Source: Candidatus Bathyarchaeota archaeon (lineage in GTDB: Archaea; Thermoproteota; Bathyarchaeia; Bathyarchaeales; Bathycorpusculaceae). From it: a stretch of DNA of 64,000 bases. The notes beneath the pieces are model-generated. The model saw nothing but the letters and a program-made list of their open reading frames with translations. It ran no database searches and was not told the origin of the DNA. Shown in pieces: positions 30,993 to 41,309 of the stretch; the stretch's first letter is position 1; each line of letters begins with the position of its first letter. A program made the translations under genes and the position numbers. The stretch is taken from positions 96,001 through 160,000 of the forward strand of contig CAVYXJ010000013.1 in assembly GCA_963772455.1 (NCBI GenBank), in the 5' to 3' direction.

Positions 30993-31806
30993 AATGATAA
31001 TTCTAATACCAAAACGAAAATTTGAGGTTCCCGTTCAAGCAGCTTGCATTAGCCCAGATGTATTCAGGGGTAAAGATATTGCTGAAATAGCAAACATGCC
31101 TATAACCGAAGGAAATCGTAACTTAAAACTTGGCGACCTCTTCGAAATCCAAGAAGACAAACTTGAAACACCATTCATCACCATTAATGGCGATGTTAGC
31201 AAAGTCAAACGAATCGGTTCAGCAATGAAAACTGGTGAAATTCTCGTCAACGGTGATGTAGGAATGCATACAGGGGAAAAAATGTCTGGAGGCAAAATCA
31301 TAGTAAACGGTAACATTGGCGGTTGGTCGGGCAATGACATGAAAGGTGGTCTAATCGAAGTGCATGGAGATGCAGGCGACTACTTAGCTTCCCCATACCG
31401 TGGCACTAGTACAGGTATGAAAGGAGGCGTAATAATTGTTGACGGCAAAGTTGGAAGCGACTCAGGATGCTACTTGCACGGTGGCGTTCTCAAAATCAAG
31501 GGTGGAGCAGGTAGGTTCTTGGGTTACCATATGAGTGACGGGGTAATCTTGGTTGATAAGGCAGTTGATATTCGTCCTGGTGCATGTATGACTGGTGGCA
31601 AAATCGTTATCACAGGCACAGTTGACGAAGTAATGCCAACTTTCACGATCGACAGCGTTAAACCTAAAGTCAAAATTGACGATACAACATCAGCGGCGGG
31701 ACCATTCTATGTGTTCCTAGGTGACTTAGCTGAACATGGCACAGGCAAAATATTCGTTTCAAAAGCCAACAATCCACAAATGAAATTCTACGAAAAATAC
31801 CTTTGA
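30985..31806 (+). CDS. fwdC: Formylmethanofuran dehydrogenase subunit C
   Basis: GxxMxGGxIxVxG beta-helix repeats; FLGDLAE. Confidence 0.93.
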   Translation: MSKMIILIPKRKFEVPVQAACISPDVFRGKDIAEIANMPITEGNRNLKLGDLFEIQEDKLETPFITINGDVSKVKRIGSAMKTGEILVNGDVGMHTGEKMSGGKIIVNGNIGGWSGNDMKGGLIEVHGDAGDYLASPYRGTSTGMKGGVIIVDGKVGSDSGCYLHGGVLKIKGGAGRFLGYHMSDGVILVDKAVDIRPGACMTGGKIVITGTVDEVMPTFTIDSVKPKVKIDDTTSAAGPFYVFLGDLAEHGTGKIFVSKANNPQMKFYEKYL

Positions 31807-31808
31807 AT

Positions 31809-31845
31809 AGGCTACTAAAGAATTAGCCTTTTCTTTTATTTTACT
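31809..31845 (+). terminator. Hairpin plus T-run after fwdC
   Basis: AGGCTA-N9-TAGCCT followed by TTTCTTTTATTTT. Confidence 0.5.
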
Positions 31846-31945
31846 TCATTTTCAAAGCCCAATTATCCCGATGAATTGATCAGTCAAGTGCTAACTTAGC
31901 CGAATGCCTTATGAAGTCGGCTAGATTCAAAACTCACTAAGCAGA

Positions 31946-32740
31946 GTGAATGTTATGCGCCAAGTTGACATGACTAGGCTTGACTTATCCACGGGAAAAG
32001 CAGAAAAAACAACTGATTACGTGGCTGAAGAGGTTCCCCTACAAATCACCATAAACTCAGCCTATGCTTTTGTCATTTGGTGTTCTCCCTCACAATTCAA
32101 AGAACTCGCAGTCGGCTACTTGCTATCTGAGGATATTCTTAGTTCTGTTGATGAAATCCAAGAGTTAATCTCTAACGAAGCAAAGAATAGTTGCCAAATT
32201 ACGATAAAGGCATGTGTGGATTTGGATGAACGAATGAAAAATATGCGGCAAAGTACACGCATAATTCCCCTTATAAAAGCAAGCACATCACCCTATCAAC
32301 ATGACCAGAAAATTCCCACGGTAAAATCCAAACTCACAATTAAAGCACAAACCATACTTGACGCAATCGACCAAATCAACAACTTAGCAAAGGGATTCAA
32401 AGAAACAGGTGGACTACACGACTCAGCCATCTTCCAAGCAGACGGCAAAATGGTGGCTTTCTCAGAAGATGTCGGCAGACATAACACTGTTGACAAAGTC
32501 ATAGGTGCGGCTTCGCTATCAAAAGCTGATTTTAACCAAAGCTTCATGATAATCACAGGGCGAGTACCGGGCGATATGATTTATAAAGCTGCAAAAGTTG
32601 GTTTACCCATAGTTGCTTCAGTAGCAGCGGTTCTCAACTCAGGAATTTCTTCGGCCAAAAAAGCCAATATCACTTTGATTGGATTTGTACGTGGAAAACG
32701 AATGAATATTTACACTTGCGCAGAAAGGATTACTTGGTAG
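31946..32740 (+). CDS. fdhD: FdhD sulfurtransferase (Mo/W-bis-PGD sulfuration)
   Basis: FKETGGLH, EDVGRHNTVDKVIG, GFVRGKRMNIY. Confidence 0.9.
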   Translation: MNVMRQVDMTRLDLSTGKAEKTTDYVAEEVPLQITINSAYAFVIWCSPSQFKELAVGYLLSEDILSSVDEIQELISNEAKNSCQITIKACVDLDERMKNMRQSTRIIPLIKASTSPYQHDQKIPTVKSKLTIKAQTILDAIDQINNLAKGFKETGGLHDSAIFQADGKMVAFSEDVGRHNTVDKVIGAASLSKADFNQSFMIITGRVPGDMIYKAAKVGLPIVASVAAVLNSGISSAKKANITLIGFVRGKRMNIYTCAERITW

Positions 32741-34018
32741 GTGCCTGCAGTGAATAGACCTGACATTAAAAGATTGCCAAAACGCTCAAACCCAATGGAT
32801 GCACAAAAGCAACTTCTTGACGCCGTCCACTCAAACTTAAATCCGAGCGAAATGGTGCAGTTGCAGAAAGCTTTAGGCAGAGTTTTAGCTCAAGATGCTA
32901 TTTCAACTGTTAACATTCCTAACTACGACAAAACTTTCATTGACGGCTACGCAATCAACTCGCAAGATACTAAGGCAGCCTCAACTACAAAACCTGCAGC
33001 CTTCAAAGTTGTCGGAAAATTATTTCCAGCAGATTACCCAACCGCATTTGAAGCTGCTCATGGTGAAGCAGTTTATGTTGCATGTGGAGCTCCAATACCC
33101 AAAGGTGCGGATTCAACAGTAAAAGTTGAGGAAACAAGGTTAAACGGCGACAAAATCGAAGTTATTCGCGAAATCACTTCAGGCGAAGGCATAATACCGC
33201 TTGGAGACGACATGAAAAAAGGCGATTTAATTCTCAAGAAGGGGCAGGTCCTAAGACCGCAGGATATTGGGGTATTAGCTTCACTGGGGATGATCATTGC
33301 TGAAGTTGCTAAAAAGCCAAAAATCGCCATTATTTCGGGCGGAGACGAACTGATCAAGCAAGCCAGCAAAGACCCAGCCAAAATCGCCAATAATTATGCC
33401 CTTGTTGTTGCTGGTTTGGCTTCCGAATTAGGGGCTGAAGCGGAAATGGTTGGGATAATGGCCGATGATTTTGAAAAAGTTACTGCAAAAATCGCTGAAG
33501 AGATTGCGGATTCAGATATCGTGGTTACAATAGGCGGGACATCAGTTGGGGTGAAAGATTTTGTTCCTGATGCTGTCAATGCGCTTGGCGATCCTGGAGT
33601 GGTTGTTCAAGGTGTTTCGTTAAGGCCAGGTGCAGTTTCAGGCTTCGGAATAGTCTGTGGCAAGCCGGTGATTATGTTGCCCGGGCATATTGGTTCTTGT
33701 ATAGCTGGGTTCTACCTTTTTGTCGCGCCCTTAATTAGCCACTACCTCGGGGATAACGGCGATGGTGTGCTTCCAAAACTGAGCGCTGAGTTAGCTGAAG
33801 ATCTGGAGACTGGTCCACAATTTCGATTCCAACTCACCCACCTAAAACAGTTTGAGGGCAAACTGTTAGCTGAACAAGTTGAAGGCGGATCAAGCGCATT
33901 AACAACTATCGTCAAATCAAACGGTTATACTATAGTGCCGCCGCATACGAGACTCGCGAAAGGGAGTCGCGTAGAAGTTTACTTATTTGGCAAACTGGAA
34001 CTTACTCAAATCATTTAA
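32741..34018 (+). CDS. moeA: Molybdopterin molybdotransferase MoeA
   Basis: GRVLAQD, DGYA, SGGDEL, GGTSVGVKD, LPG. Confidence 0.9.
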   Translation: MPAVNRPDIKRLPKRSNPMDAQKQLLDAVHSNLNPSEMVQLQKALGRVLAQDAISTVNIPNYDKTFIDGYAINSQDTKAASTTKPAAFKVVGKLFPADYPTAFEAAHGEAVYVACGAPIPKGADSTVKVEETRLNGDKIEVIREITSGEGIIPLGDDMKKGDLILKKGQVLRPQDIGVLASLGMIIAEVAKKPKIAIISGGDELIKQASKDPAKIANNYALVVAGLASELGAEAEMVGIMADDFEKVTAKIAEEIADSDIVVTIGGTSVGVKDFVPDAVNALGDPGVVVQGVSLRPGAVSGFGIVCGKPVIMLPGHIGSCIAGFYLFVAPLISHYLGDNGDGVLPKLSAELAEDLETGPQFRFQLTHLKQFEGKLLAEQVEGGSSALTTIVKSNGYTIVPPHTRLAKGSRVEVYLFGKLELTQII

Positions 34019-35107
34019 GAAACCTTGGGTGGATACCTGTGAACGTGACCGTCTTTTCCCATAACCCACGATTCACACCATGCCTTATCAGCGAATGCAC
34101 GTTCAGCCAGAAGCAGACAACGGTTGCTTTCGAAAATTTTTGACTCGACACGGTAGTTATTTGCAGCTCGTAGATAAGCTTCTTTTCCTGCAAAATCTAA
34201 CGTCGCAGCCAGTTCCGATTCCGTTTGTTTTTGTGATAGAGTAAACAAAGCTTCTCCTTGGTTTTCTTCAGCTACCCCGCTCCAAAAAAACGAATCACAA
34301 GCTTCCAAGTCGCTGGCACATTTAGCAAAGGTTTTTTGCGCTTCCAAAAGGTTGTTTTCTTGGAGCAATTTGGCTCCTTTTCTGAGAAGCTGCAAATCAG
34401 AAACCGAAAATACGCCCATGTTTAGGTGTACATTTTCTTTTACTGGTCCATATGAACGGCGGGTTTGCAGACGAGTTAGGTCTTCTTTTGAGTTTATGTT
34501 AATGAAGCTCTTTAGTTCCGGGTCGAGTGCTTTTATTTCGTTTACTGGAGAAATCAGCAAGGTTTTGCTGGCTCCTCGTGGAATATCATCTGAGCGAGGC
34601 CGTTTCAGTTGGCATAGTGTATCCGTGATTTCTAAACTACTTTGGCGTTCCAAGAACCATTATAAGGGTTTCAAGTCTGCCGTTAGGCCACATTGGAACA
34701 ACCACATCAGACTCTTCCGCTTCATTAAACATATATTCAGCAACTTTGGGCTGCAAAAAAGGCATATCGCAAGGCAAAGTTAAGCAATAATCCGCTTGAA
34801 CAGCTCTTAAACCTGACATGATTGCCACGTTTGGGCCACTTATGTGGCTAATTTTTTCGTCAATAACAATCCTGACGTTTTTAATGGCATATTGTTCTAA
34901 AGTTTTAGTATATTTCGCTTTTCGTTCCTCATCGTTTACACACACAACGATTTCATCGACAATGTCCTTGACGTTTTCCATAGCGTGGATTAAAAGAGGT
35001 TTACCGTTGAGTTCAGCTAGGGCTTTATCTCGCCAGATTGCATCTATTGTTTGGAATCTGCGAGCTTTTCCCCCTGCCAAAATGAGTGCAGCCCGTTTAG
35101 CCATCAC
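34015..35107 (-). CDS. mobA: Molybdenum cofactor guanylyltransferase MobA with C-terminal helical extension (apparent +1 frameshift near 34652)
   Basis: ILAGGKARRF, DKAL, PCDMPFL in the 5' ORF; SFININSKEDL in the 3' ORF; joined by removing one base. Confidence 0.85.
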
Positions 35108-35113
35108 GTTTCC

Positions 35114-35773
35114 TCAGTTAACGGTTTTTGTGCTTGCTTTACCTAATTGTTCTTTTATAAGCGTGATTAGTTTTTGGCCCTCTTCAGGAATCTTGATTAT
35201 CGGTATATTTCCATAAGATGTATTGGTTGCGTTTGTGGCTGCAATACCTGTAATCGCAATGATTGGCTCAACTGTTCCCTGCAACGTTTCTTCGAGTCCT
35301 TCTCTGTTTTTCGCTGTAATAATTTTGGGCACATCAACTCTTTTAGCTATTAAGCTGTGGAAGCCTTCAATGAATACGATATCGAGTTTCTCTTGTTCCA
35401 AAAGAGCGATTATTTGGTTTAAATCGTTGAGTGCCATCTCGGTTTTTTTGATGATGTCTATTTCTTCAGGTGAAATGGCAACAATGACTTTGGAGCCTGC
35501 CTTTGCATAACGCCAAGTGTTGGTTCCTTCTTTATCCATCGTGAAGCCTTTGTGGTGGACATGCTTTATTGAGCCGATTTGGTAGCCTTCAGCTGACAGA
35601 TGAGAAATAAGGTACTCTAAAGTAACTGTTTTTCCTGAACCGCTAACGCCAACAGCGGCTATAACTAAAACCGTAAAGTCGCACACTCCGCATGGAATCA
35701 AGTTGCTTGGCTTTTTATAAATAATGCTCAAGCTGTTTGCTTTCTGCGGTAGTTTTCTTAAAGATAGCGCCAA
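35114..35773 (-). CDS. mobB: Molybdopterin-guanine dinucleotide biosynthesis protein MobB (true start probably near 35680)
   Basis: GVSGSGKT, IKHVHH, DIVFIEGF. Confidence 0.88.
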   Translation of the reverse strand: MALSLRKLPQKANSLSIIYKKPSNLIPCGVCDFTVLVIAAVGVSGSGKTVTLEYLISHLSAEGYQIGSIKHVHHKGFTMDKEGTNTWRYAKAGSKVIVAISPEEIDIIKKTEMALNDLNQIIALLEQEKLDIVFIEGFHSLIAKRVDVPKIITAKNREGLEETLQGTVEPIIAITGIAATNATNTSYGNIPIIKIPEEGQKLITLIKEQLGKASTKTVN

Positions 35774-35835
35774 CCGCTGGTTGTCATTAAACCATATATG
35801 GCTGTTTTAAGATAAAAACAGTTCAGGTGTAGTTA

Positions 35836-36346
35836 GTGCCAAAGCTTGTAGCGGTTGTCGGTGGGAAGCATTCTGGAAAAACCACTGTGATTGAGCATTT
35901 GATAGTTGAGCTCAAGCGTCGTGGGTACCGAGTGGGAGCTGTTAAGGAGATGGTTCGGATTCCAACGTTGGATACGCCAGCAACCGAAACCGACAGGTAC
36001 AGCATTGCAGGAGCAGAAACGATAGTTGCCGTTCCAAGAGACGAAACTGTGGTTTTCATCAAAAGAAGATTGAACATAGAAGAAATCGTGCCTTTCCTAG
36101 AAGGGTTAGATTATGTTGTTTTAGAAGGCTTTGAGTCAGAAAAAATGCTTCCTAAAATAATCGCAGCAAAAACCGCTGATGAAGCAAAAAGCTATTATGA
36201 TCCTCTCTACCATCGCCGTTTCAGGAATAATAACTGAATCAGACATCGAAACCAAAAAAGCGGCTGCCATAAAAGTTCCAATATTCAATTTGACTGAAAC
36301 TGAAGCCTTGACTGATTTGATTGAGAAAAAAGCTATTGAAATGTAG
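35836..36346 (+). CDS. mobB: Second MobB-like protein (apparent +1 frameshift near 36208)
   Basis: GGKHSGKTT, RGYRVGAVK, DYVVLEGF; corrected frame continues IAVSGII...KKAIEM*. Confidence 0.78.
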
Positions 36347-36347
36347 C

Positions 36348-36852
36348 TTAACGGACTTCGATTGCTACTACGCCTCTGACCCATCTTTGTGCAAATTGAT
36401 CGCTGCCTATTATGAGTCGCAGTGGTCCTTCACCATCATCTTTTAGCGCTGTCAAGGGTGAGCCGTTTCTTTGGTAGGCTATGATAGTGTTTTGGTTCAT
36501 TGCATCTTGGATACTTATGGTCGTTCCGTAGCCGTCTGAAGCTTGAATGTATACGGAGGTGGCACTTGTCAAGGATGATGGCTTGGGCAAGTAATTCTGG
36601 AAGTTGAACGCCGGTGTAATTGTAAACACCGTTGTCTGATGGTCTGCTGCTAGACGACAATGTAACTTGTACAGTTGTTGATGGTTGTGTTTTGAGTTGG
36701 CTAAGTGTCAGTGTTGTTGGGTTGTTTACTTTTCCCTTAATCTGTAAGACATCAGTTTGCGTTGTTTCTGGACGCGTATAATAATATAGCGGCACTGCTG
36801 CGATAATCAAAAAAATAAAGAAGACAAAAACAATTTTTGAGGCTTTCTTCAA
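36348..36852 (-). CDS. Membrane-anchored SUOX/Oxidored_molyb-fold protein lacking the Mo-ligand Cys (apparent +1 frameshift near 36566)
   Basis: N-terminal TM; LQIKGKV, YTGVQL, ASDGY, GPLRLII, WVRGV. Confidence 0.75.
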
Positions 36853-36863
36853 GCAAAAACGCC

Positions 36864-37790
36864 TTAGGTTACTGTAACTCCTGAAACCCACCTAACCCAA
36901 TATTGACCCCACTTAAAATCTTCCGTTGGAACAACAAGGCGGTAAGGTTGACCGTTAACAGGTGTTAGGTAAGCGCCGTTTTCTTGGTATCCAATCAAGA
37001 TACCAAGGTCTTTGGCTTGCTGGATCGTGTATTCTCGGCTGTAACCGTCAATTGCTAACACAGTGACTTTGCTGGCGCCTTCTGAGACACCGCTGGCTTG
37101 CAGAATACTCCAAAGACTCACACCAGTCCACTCAGAAGTTCTTTGGGGTTCTCCACCTGGAGCAAGCGCTGCCTGCACAGTTATGGGTTCATAATTTGCT
37201 AAGTTGTTGCCTGTTAATACAAGTGGGTTAGAGACTGCCCCTGTAAAGTTGATTGTCCACGGTTGCAAACGGATTTCACTTACGCTTTTAACATTAAAGT
37301 TTGATGCTAACCCTGGAGTTATTAGTTTTAGTGGTCCTTCAGAAATATCAGTTATCCAGTTTCCATTCTTGGCAAACGCCAAAATTATTTCTTCACCTGA
37401 ATACTGTGTGCTGTTGTAGGCTTGATAGGTGTTTATTGTTTTGTTGAAGCCATCAGATGCAATTACGTTGATAAAGCCTGCATCCCATGAGGCACCGATG
37501 TGGTTGAGAAGCTGGAGCATTGTTACTCCGATGTAATTGGCTGTTTCGCCTTTAATTGTGCTTGTTACGTTTGTCAAGGGCATCTGGGTAAGGTCATCTA
37601 TAGTCACGGTTTTTTCTGATGCAATGTCACCTGTGATTTTGAGTTGAACCTGCGGTGGATTACCACTAGGTAAACCTAAATTGCTTTTTTGAGCTGGACC
37701 GCCTGTTAAATAATAAATGGATGCTGTTAATGCAATAATAACTACAGCTAATGTTGAAACCGCTAAAACGATTTTTCTGGTTTTATTCAA
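36864..37790 (-). CDS. Membrane-anchored tandem SUOX/Oxidored_molyb-fold protein with no Cys
   Basis: N-terminal TM; two repeats of G-V / A-x-DG(F/Y) / P(L/Y)(K/R)L / V(K/R)xV motifs. Confidence 0.78.
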   Translation of the reverse strand: MNKTRKIVLAVSTLAVVIIALTASIYYLTGGPAQKSNLGLPSGNPPQVQLKITGDIASEKTVTIDDLTQMPLTNVTSTIKGETANYIGVTMLQLLNHIGASWDAGFINVIASDGFNKTINTYQAYNSTQYSGEEIILAFAKNGNWITDISEGPLKLITPGLASNFNVKSVSEIRLQPWTINFTGAVSNPLVLTGNNLANYEPITVQAALAPGGEPQRTSEWTGVSLWSILQASGVSEGASKVTVLAIDGYSREYTIQQAKDLGILIGYQENGAYLTPVNGQPYRLVVPTEDFKWGQYWVRWVSGVTVT

Positions 37791-38358
37791 TTTTTTTTCC
37801 TCCGAAACCGATTTTTCCTACTCTAAATAGAAGCATGTTAGCGATGAATCCTCCAATGCAACCGCTTATTGCTGCAACAACACTCAAAAATGAGAGCACC
37901 CCCAAAGGCAAAAACAGAACTAATGCTCCCACTGAAATGGTTCCGACAACATTAGCTATTGCTGCGGCACCGATGCAACAGGCTGAACAGCAGGCTTTAT
38001 GCTTTGAAATCAAAAAGAAAGCGTCGATTGCTAAGCCAGGGGCAAGATAGATGACAAATGAGAGGAGACCGAAGTTGCCGAATGGAAGCAGCAGACTAAT
38101 GAAGGCTTGTGTTAAGGAGACCATTGAGGCAGCCCCGATTTTACGTACAAGACCAAACGCCATTACTGGCCACATCATGTATAATCCTCCGGCTACAGCA
38201 CCAGTTGGGACGTACAGTGGTCCTGTTATAGCGGCGACGAGTGGGTGGATAACATTTTTTGTTGCTAAGCCAAGGCTTGCGAAGAGTGCCATTAGGACTA
38301 AGTCTGTGGTAGCGATTTTTAGGGTGCCTTTTGCCAAGTTTTGGTGTGGTTGATTCAT
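37783..38358 (-). CDS. ECF transporter substrate-specific (S) component
   Basis: About 190 aa with 6 TM helices; TTDLVLMALFA start, LVRKIGAA, PGLAID; ATG 38358. Confidence 0.72.
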   Translation of the reverse strand: MNQPHQNLAKGTLKIATTDLVLMALFASLGLATKNVIHPLVAAITGPLYVPTGAVAGGLYMMWPVMAFGLVRKIGAASMVSLTQAFISLLLPFGNFGLLSFVIYLAPGLAIDAFFLISKHKACCSACCIGAAAIANVVGTISVGALVLFLPLGVLSFLSVVAAISGCIGGFIANMLLFRVGKIGFGGKKIE

Positions 38359-38367
38359 GCAAAACTC

Positions 38368-38391
38368 CGATGTTATCACTTTGTAACATCG
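38368..38391. promoter_or_regulatory. Perfect palindrome CGATGTTA-N8-TAACATCG, candidate operator
   Basis: 8-bp inverted repeat between a TATA-like TTTATTTT (minus strand) and the S-component ATG. Confidence 0.55.
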
Positions 38392-38432
38392 ATAAAATAA
38401 ACCTATCGTTAAAAAAAACAAACAAAACCAAA

Positions 38433-38762
38433 TTATGAAAGTTCCATTACAACGCCATCAAGTTTTAACTGAGCGTTCCGGTATCTTTTCACCAAATCTT
38501 TGCCAAAATCCGTAACCTCCGAAGAACCACCACCCTTTGCCCCACCGCGAACCCGAGTAACCAAAGACTCACCTAACCTCTCCTCAGCCAAAGTTAGTCT
38601 ATGCAAAGCATACCGATAAGACATCTTCAACTCATTAGCAGCCTCTAAAACAGAATGCCGTTTATCAATTTCTTCGAGCAATTCAGCTAAACCATTTCCA
38701 AAAACTGCTTCGCCTTTATCGTTAACCATCCAAAGCTTAATCGCAAAACCTAAAGCGCACAA
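38433..38762 (-). CDS. ModE N-terminal-type winged-HTH regulator (no TOBE domain)
   Basis: FGNGLAELLEEI...SVLEAANELKMSYR...RGGAKGGGSEVT. Confidence 0.85.
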   Translation of the reverse strand: MCALGFAIKLWMVNDKGEAVFGNGLAELLEEIDKRHSVLEAANELKMSYRYALHRLTLAEERLGESLVTRVRGGAKGGGSSEVTDFGKDLVKRYRNAQLKLDGVVMELS

Positions 38763-38957
38763 TTGTTGCTCACCGCTTGTAGTTAGGGGAGTTGAAGGGA
38801 ATTAAGCTTAATGCCTGTTTTGTGAGATTGATGGTTTCTATTATCTATTTTTTATTGCAGGTTGTTGGAGCGTTGTGTTTAGTAAATCATAACGCTTTTA
38901 TAAATGTGATATATACAATATATACTGTATATTTTTAACATATTTTGTACAGGTTAA

Positions 38958-39860
38958 GTGGAGAAGCGGAAAATGGAAAGCAACAAACAAAACCAAGAAA
39001 ATGCAAATACCTACAAAATCCTCCAAAAACAGCAACTAAACCCACAAGTAAAACTTTTAAAAATCCATGCGCCAAACATAGCCCAAAAAGCCCAACCCGG
39101 ACAATTCGTTATCCTGAAAGCACACCAAAACAGCGAACGTATTCCCCTAACCTTAGCCTGCTGGGATAAACACGCCGGCACAATTACCCTCATTTTCCAA
39201 GAAGTGGGATACTCAACAATCGAACTGGGCAAACTCGAAATTGGCAACAGAATAGAAAACCTCGCCGGTCCCCTGGGAAAACCCAGTGACATCCAAAGAT
39301 ACGGCAAAGTCGCAGTTGTATGCGGAGGAGTCGGAACTGCCGTTGCGTATCCAATCGCTAAAGCCCTCAAAGAGGCCAAAAACTGCGTTGTAACCATCAT
39401 GGGCGCAAGAAACCAAGACCTCTTCATATTAACTCCCGAAATGATATCCGTGTCAAATGAATTCTACTTCACCACCGACGACGGCGCAAAAGGAACAAAA
39501 GGCTTCGTCACAGACGTTCTCAAAACCCTGCTCGGAGAAGGCTACAAATTTGACGTTGTCTTCGCGGTCGGTCCTCCAATAATGATGAGTGCAGTCGCCG
39601 AAGTCACACGACCTTTTGGCATAAAAACAATCGTAAGTTTAAACCCCATTATGGTTGACGGCATGGGCATGTGCGGAGCTTGCCGAGTATCAGTCGGCGA
39701 AACGATCCAATTTGCATGTGTAGATGGTCCAGAATTCGACGCCCACAAAGTTAATTTCAGAGAACTCGTTCAGCGGCTCAAGAGTTACTCAACAGAAGAA
39801 AAAGTCACCACTCAATGTAACGTTTTGGAAGGAGGCAATTGTAAATGTCACAACCAATGA
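38958..39860 (+). CDS. nfnA: NfnA / SudB subunit of electron-bifurcating transhydrogenase
   Basis: PGQFV, ERIPLT, GPLG, GGVG, MVDGMGMCGACRV, CVDGPEFD. Confidence 0.9.
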   Translation: MEKRKMESNKQNQENANTYKILQKQQLNPQVKLLKIHAPNIAQKAQPGQFVILKAHQNSERIPLTLACWDKHAGTITLIFQEVGYSTIELGKLEIGNRIENLAGPLGKPSDIQRYGKVAVVCGGVGTAVAYPIAKALKEAKNCVVTIMGARNQDLFILTPEMISVSNEFYFTTDDGAKGTKGFVTDVLKTLLGEGYKFDVVFAVGPPIMMSAVAEVTRPFGIKTIVSLNPIMVDGMGMCGACRVSVGETIQFACVDGPEFDAHKVNFRELVQRLKSYSTEEKVTTQCNVLEGGNCKCHNQ

Positions 39861-41305
39861 ACACCTCTAGAAATCGTTGGCAAGCTGTTGATGCAGCAAA
39901 ACAAGACCCCAGGGCACGGGCGAAAAATTTTGGAGAAGTCCTACTGGGGTATTCCGAGAAACAAGCCTTGGTTGAAGCTTCGCGGTGTTTAACATGCTCC
40001 ACAGCCCAATGCGTTTTGGGTTGTCCAGTTGGCGTTGACATTCCCGCCTTTATTAAATCCATAAAAGAAAGAAAATACAGCGAAGCCATTGCGAAAATAA
40101 GAGAAAAAAACAGTTTACCCGCAATTTGCGGTAGAGTTTGCCCGCAAGAAGAACAATGCCAAAAAAACTGCATTATGGGCAGAAAAGGCGACTCCGTTTC
40201 GATTGGTCGACTTGAACGATTTGCTGCAGATTTAGAGCTGGAAAAAGGCCAACGGTCCCATGGTAAAGTGCCTTTGAACGGCAAAAAAGTAGCAGTAGTC
40301 GGGGCAGGTCCTGCTGGCTTAACTGTTGCGGCGAATTTAGCTAAACTTGGGTATAAAGTTGTGATTTACGAAGCACTGCATGTTGCGGGCGGCGTTTTGG
40401 TCTATGGTATCCCAGAGTTTCGGTTGCCTAAACACGTTGTTCAAGCAGAAGTGAACTACGTTAGGAGTTTAGGCGTTGAATTGCAGACTGACGCGTTAAT
40501 CGGCAGATTATTCACCGTGAAGGAACTGCTGGCAAACGGGTTCGAAGCGGTTTTCATAGGCACAGGCGCAGGTCTACCAAAATTCATGGGAATACCCGGA
40601 GAAAACCTCTGCGGAATCTACTCCGCCAACGAATTCTTAATCCGCGTTAACCTAATGAAATCCTACCAGTTCCCAGAATATAAAACACCAATCCACATAG
40701 GTAAAAAAGTAGCAGTCATCGGTGGTGGGAACGTCGCTTTAGATTCAGCCCGTTGCGCGTTGCGATTGGGCGCTGAAAGAGTCGTCATTGTTTATAGACG
40801 GTCAAGGGACGAAATGCCAGCACGTGAAGAGGAAATCAGCAACGCTGAAGAAGAAGGTATAATCTTCAAGTATCTTGCTTGCCCCACCCAGTTCATTGCA
40901 GACGACAAAGGCCAAATTAAAGGCATGGAATACGTCACTATGAAACTCAGTGAACCCGACGCGTCAGGCAGAAGTAAACCCCTACCCATCAAAGGCTCTG
41001 AAGCAATTTTGGACGTTGACACTGTAATCGTCGCAATAGGACGTACCCCAAACCCCATAATCCAATCCACAACCGAAGGCCTAAAAACCCTAATTGGCGG
41101 CATCATAGAAATCAACCGAAAAACTGGGCAAACTAGCCTTGAAGCAGTCTACGCAGGCGGCGACATAGCCACGGGAGAAGCAACCGTTATCAGCGCGATG
41201 GGTTCAGGAACAATAGCAGCCAAAAGCATCGACGACCACTTAAAGAATAAACCTCAAAAAGAAAGAGAAATAGAACGCGAAATGCCTAAAAGCAAAGTGA
41301 TTTGA
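39845..41305 (+). CDS. nfnB: NfnB / SudA (GltD-like) subunit
   Basis: EASRCLTC, CGRVCPQEEQC, GAGPAG, YGIPEFRLP, GGGNVALD, AGGD. Confidence 0.9.
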   Translation: MSQPMNTSRNRWQAVDAAKQDPRARAKNFGEVLLGYSEKQALVEASRCLTCSTAQCVLGCPVGVDIPAFIKSIKERKYSEAIAKIREKNSLPAICGRVCPQEEQCQKNCIMGRKGDSVSIGRLERFAADLELEKGQRSHGKVPLNGKKVAVVGAGPAGLTVAANLAKLGYKVVIYEALHVAGGVLVYGIPEFRLPKHVVQAEVNYVRSLGVELQTDALIGRLFTVKELLANGFEAVFIGTGAGLPKFMGIPGENLCGIYSANEFLIRVNLMKSYQFPEYKTPIHIGKKVAVIGGGNVALDSARCALRLGAERVVIVYRRSRDEMPAREEEISNAEEEGIIFKYLACPTQFIADDKGQIKGMEYVTMKLSEPDASGRSKPLPIKGSEAILDVDTVIVAIGRTPNPIIQSTTEGLKTLIGGIIEINRKTGQTSLEAVYAGGDIATGEATVISAMGSGTIAAKSIDDHLKNKPQKEREIEREMPKSKVI

Positions 41306-41309
41306 AGTT

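Noticed and set aside
38905-38935. TATATA-CAA-TATATA before nfnA as a ModE box
   Set aside because: Cannot be distinguished from overlapping TATA elements of a divergent promoter.
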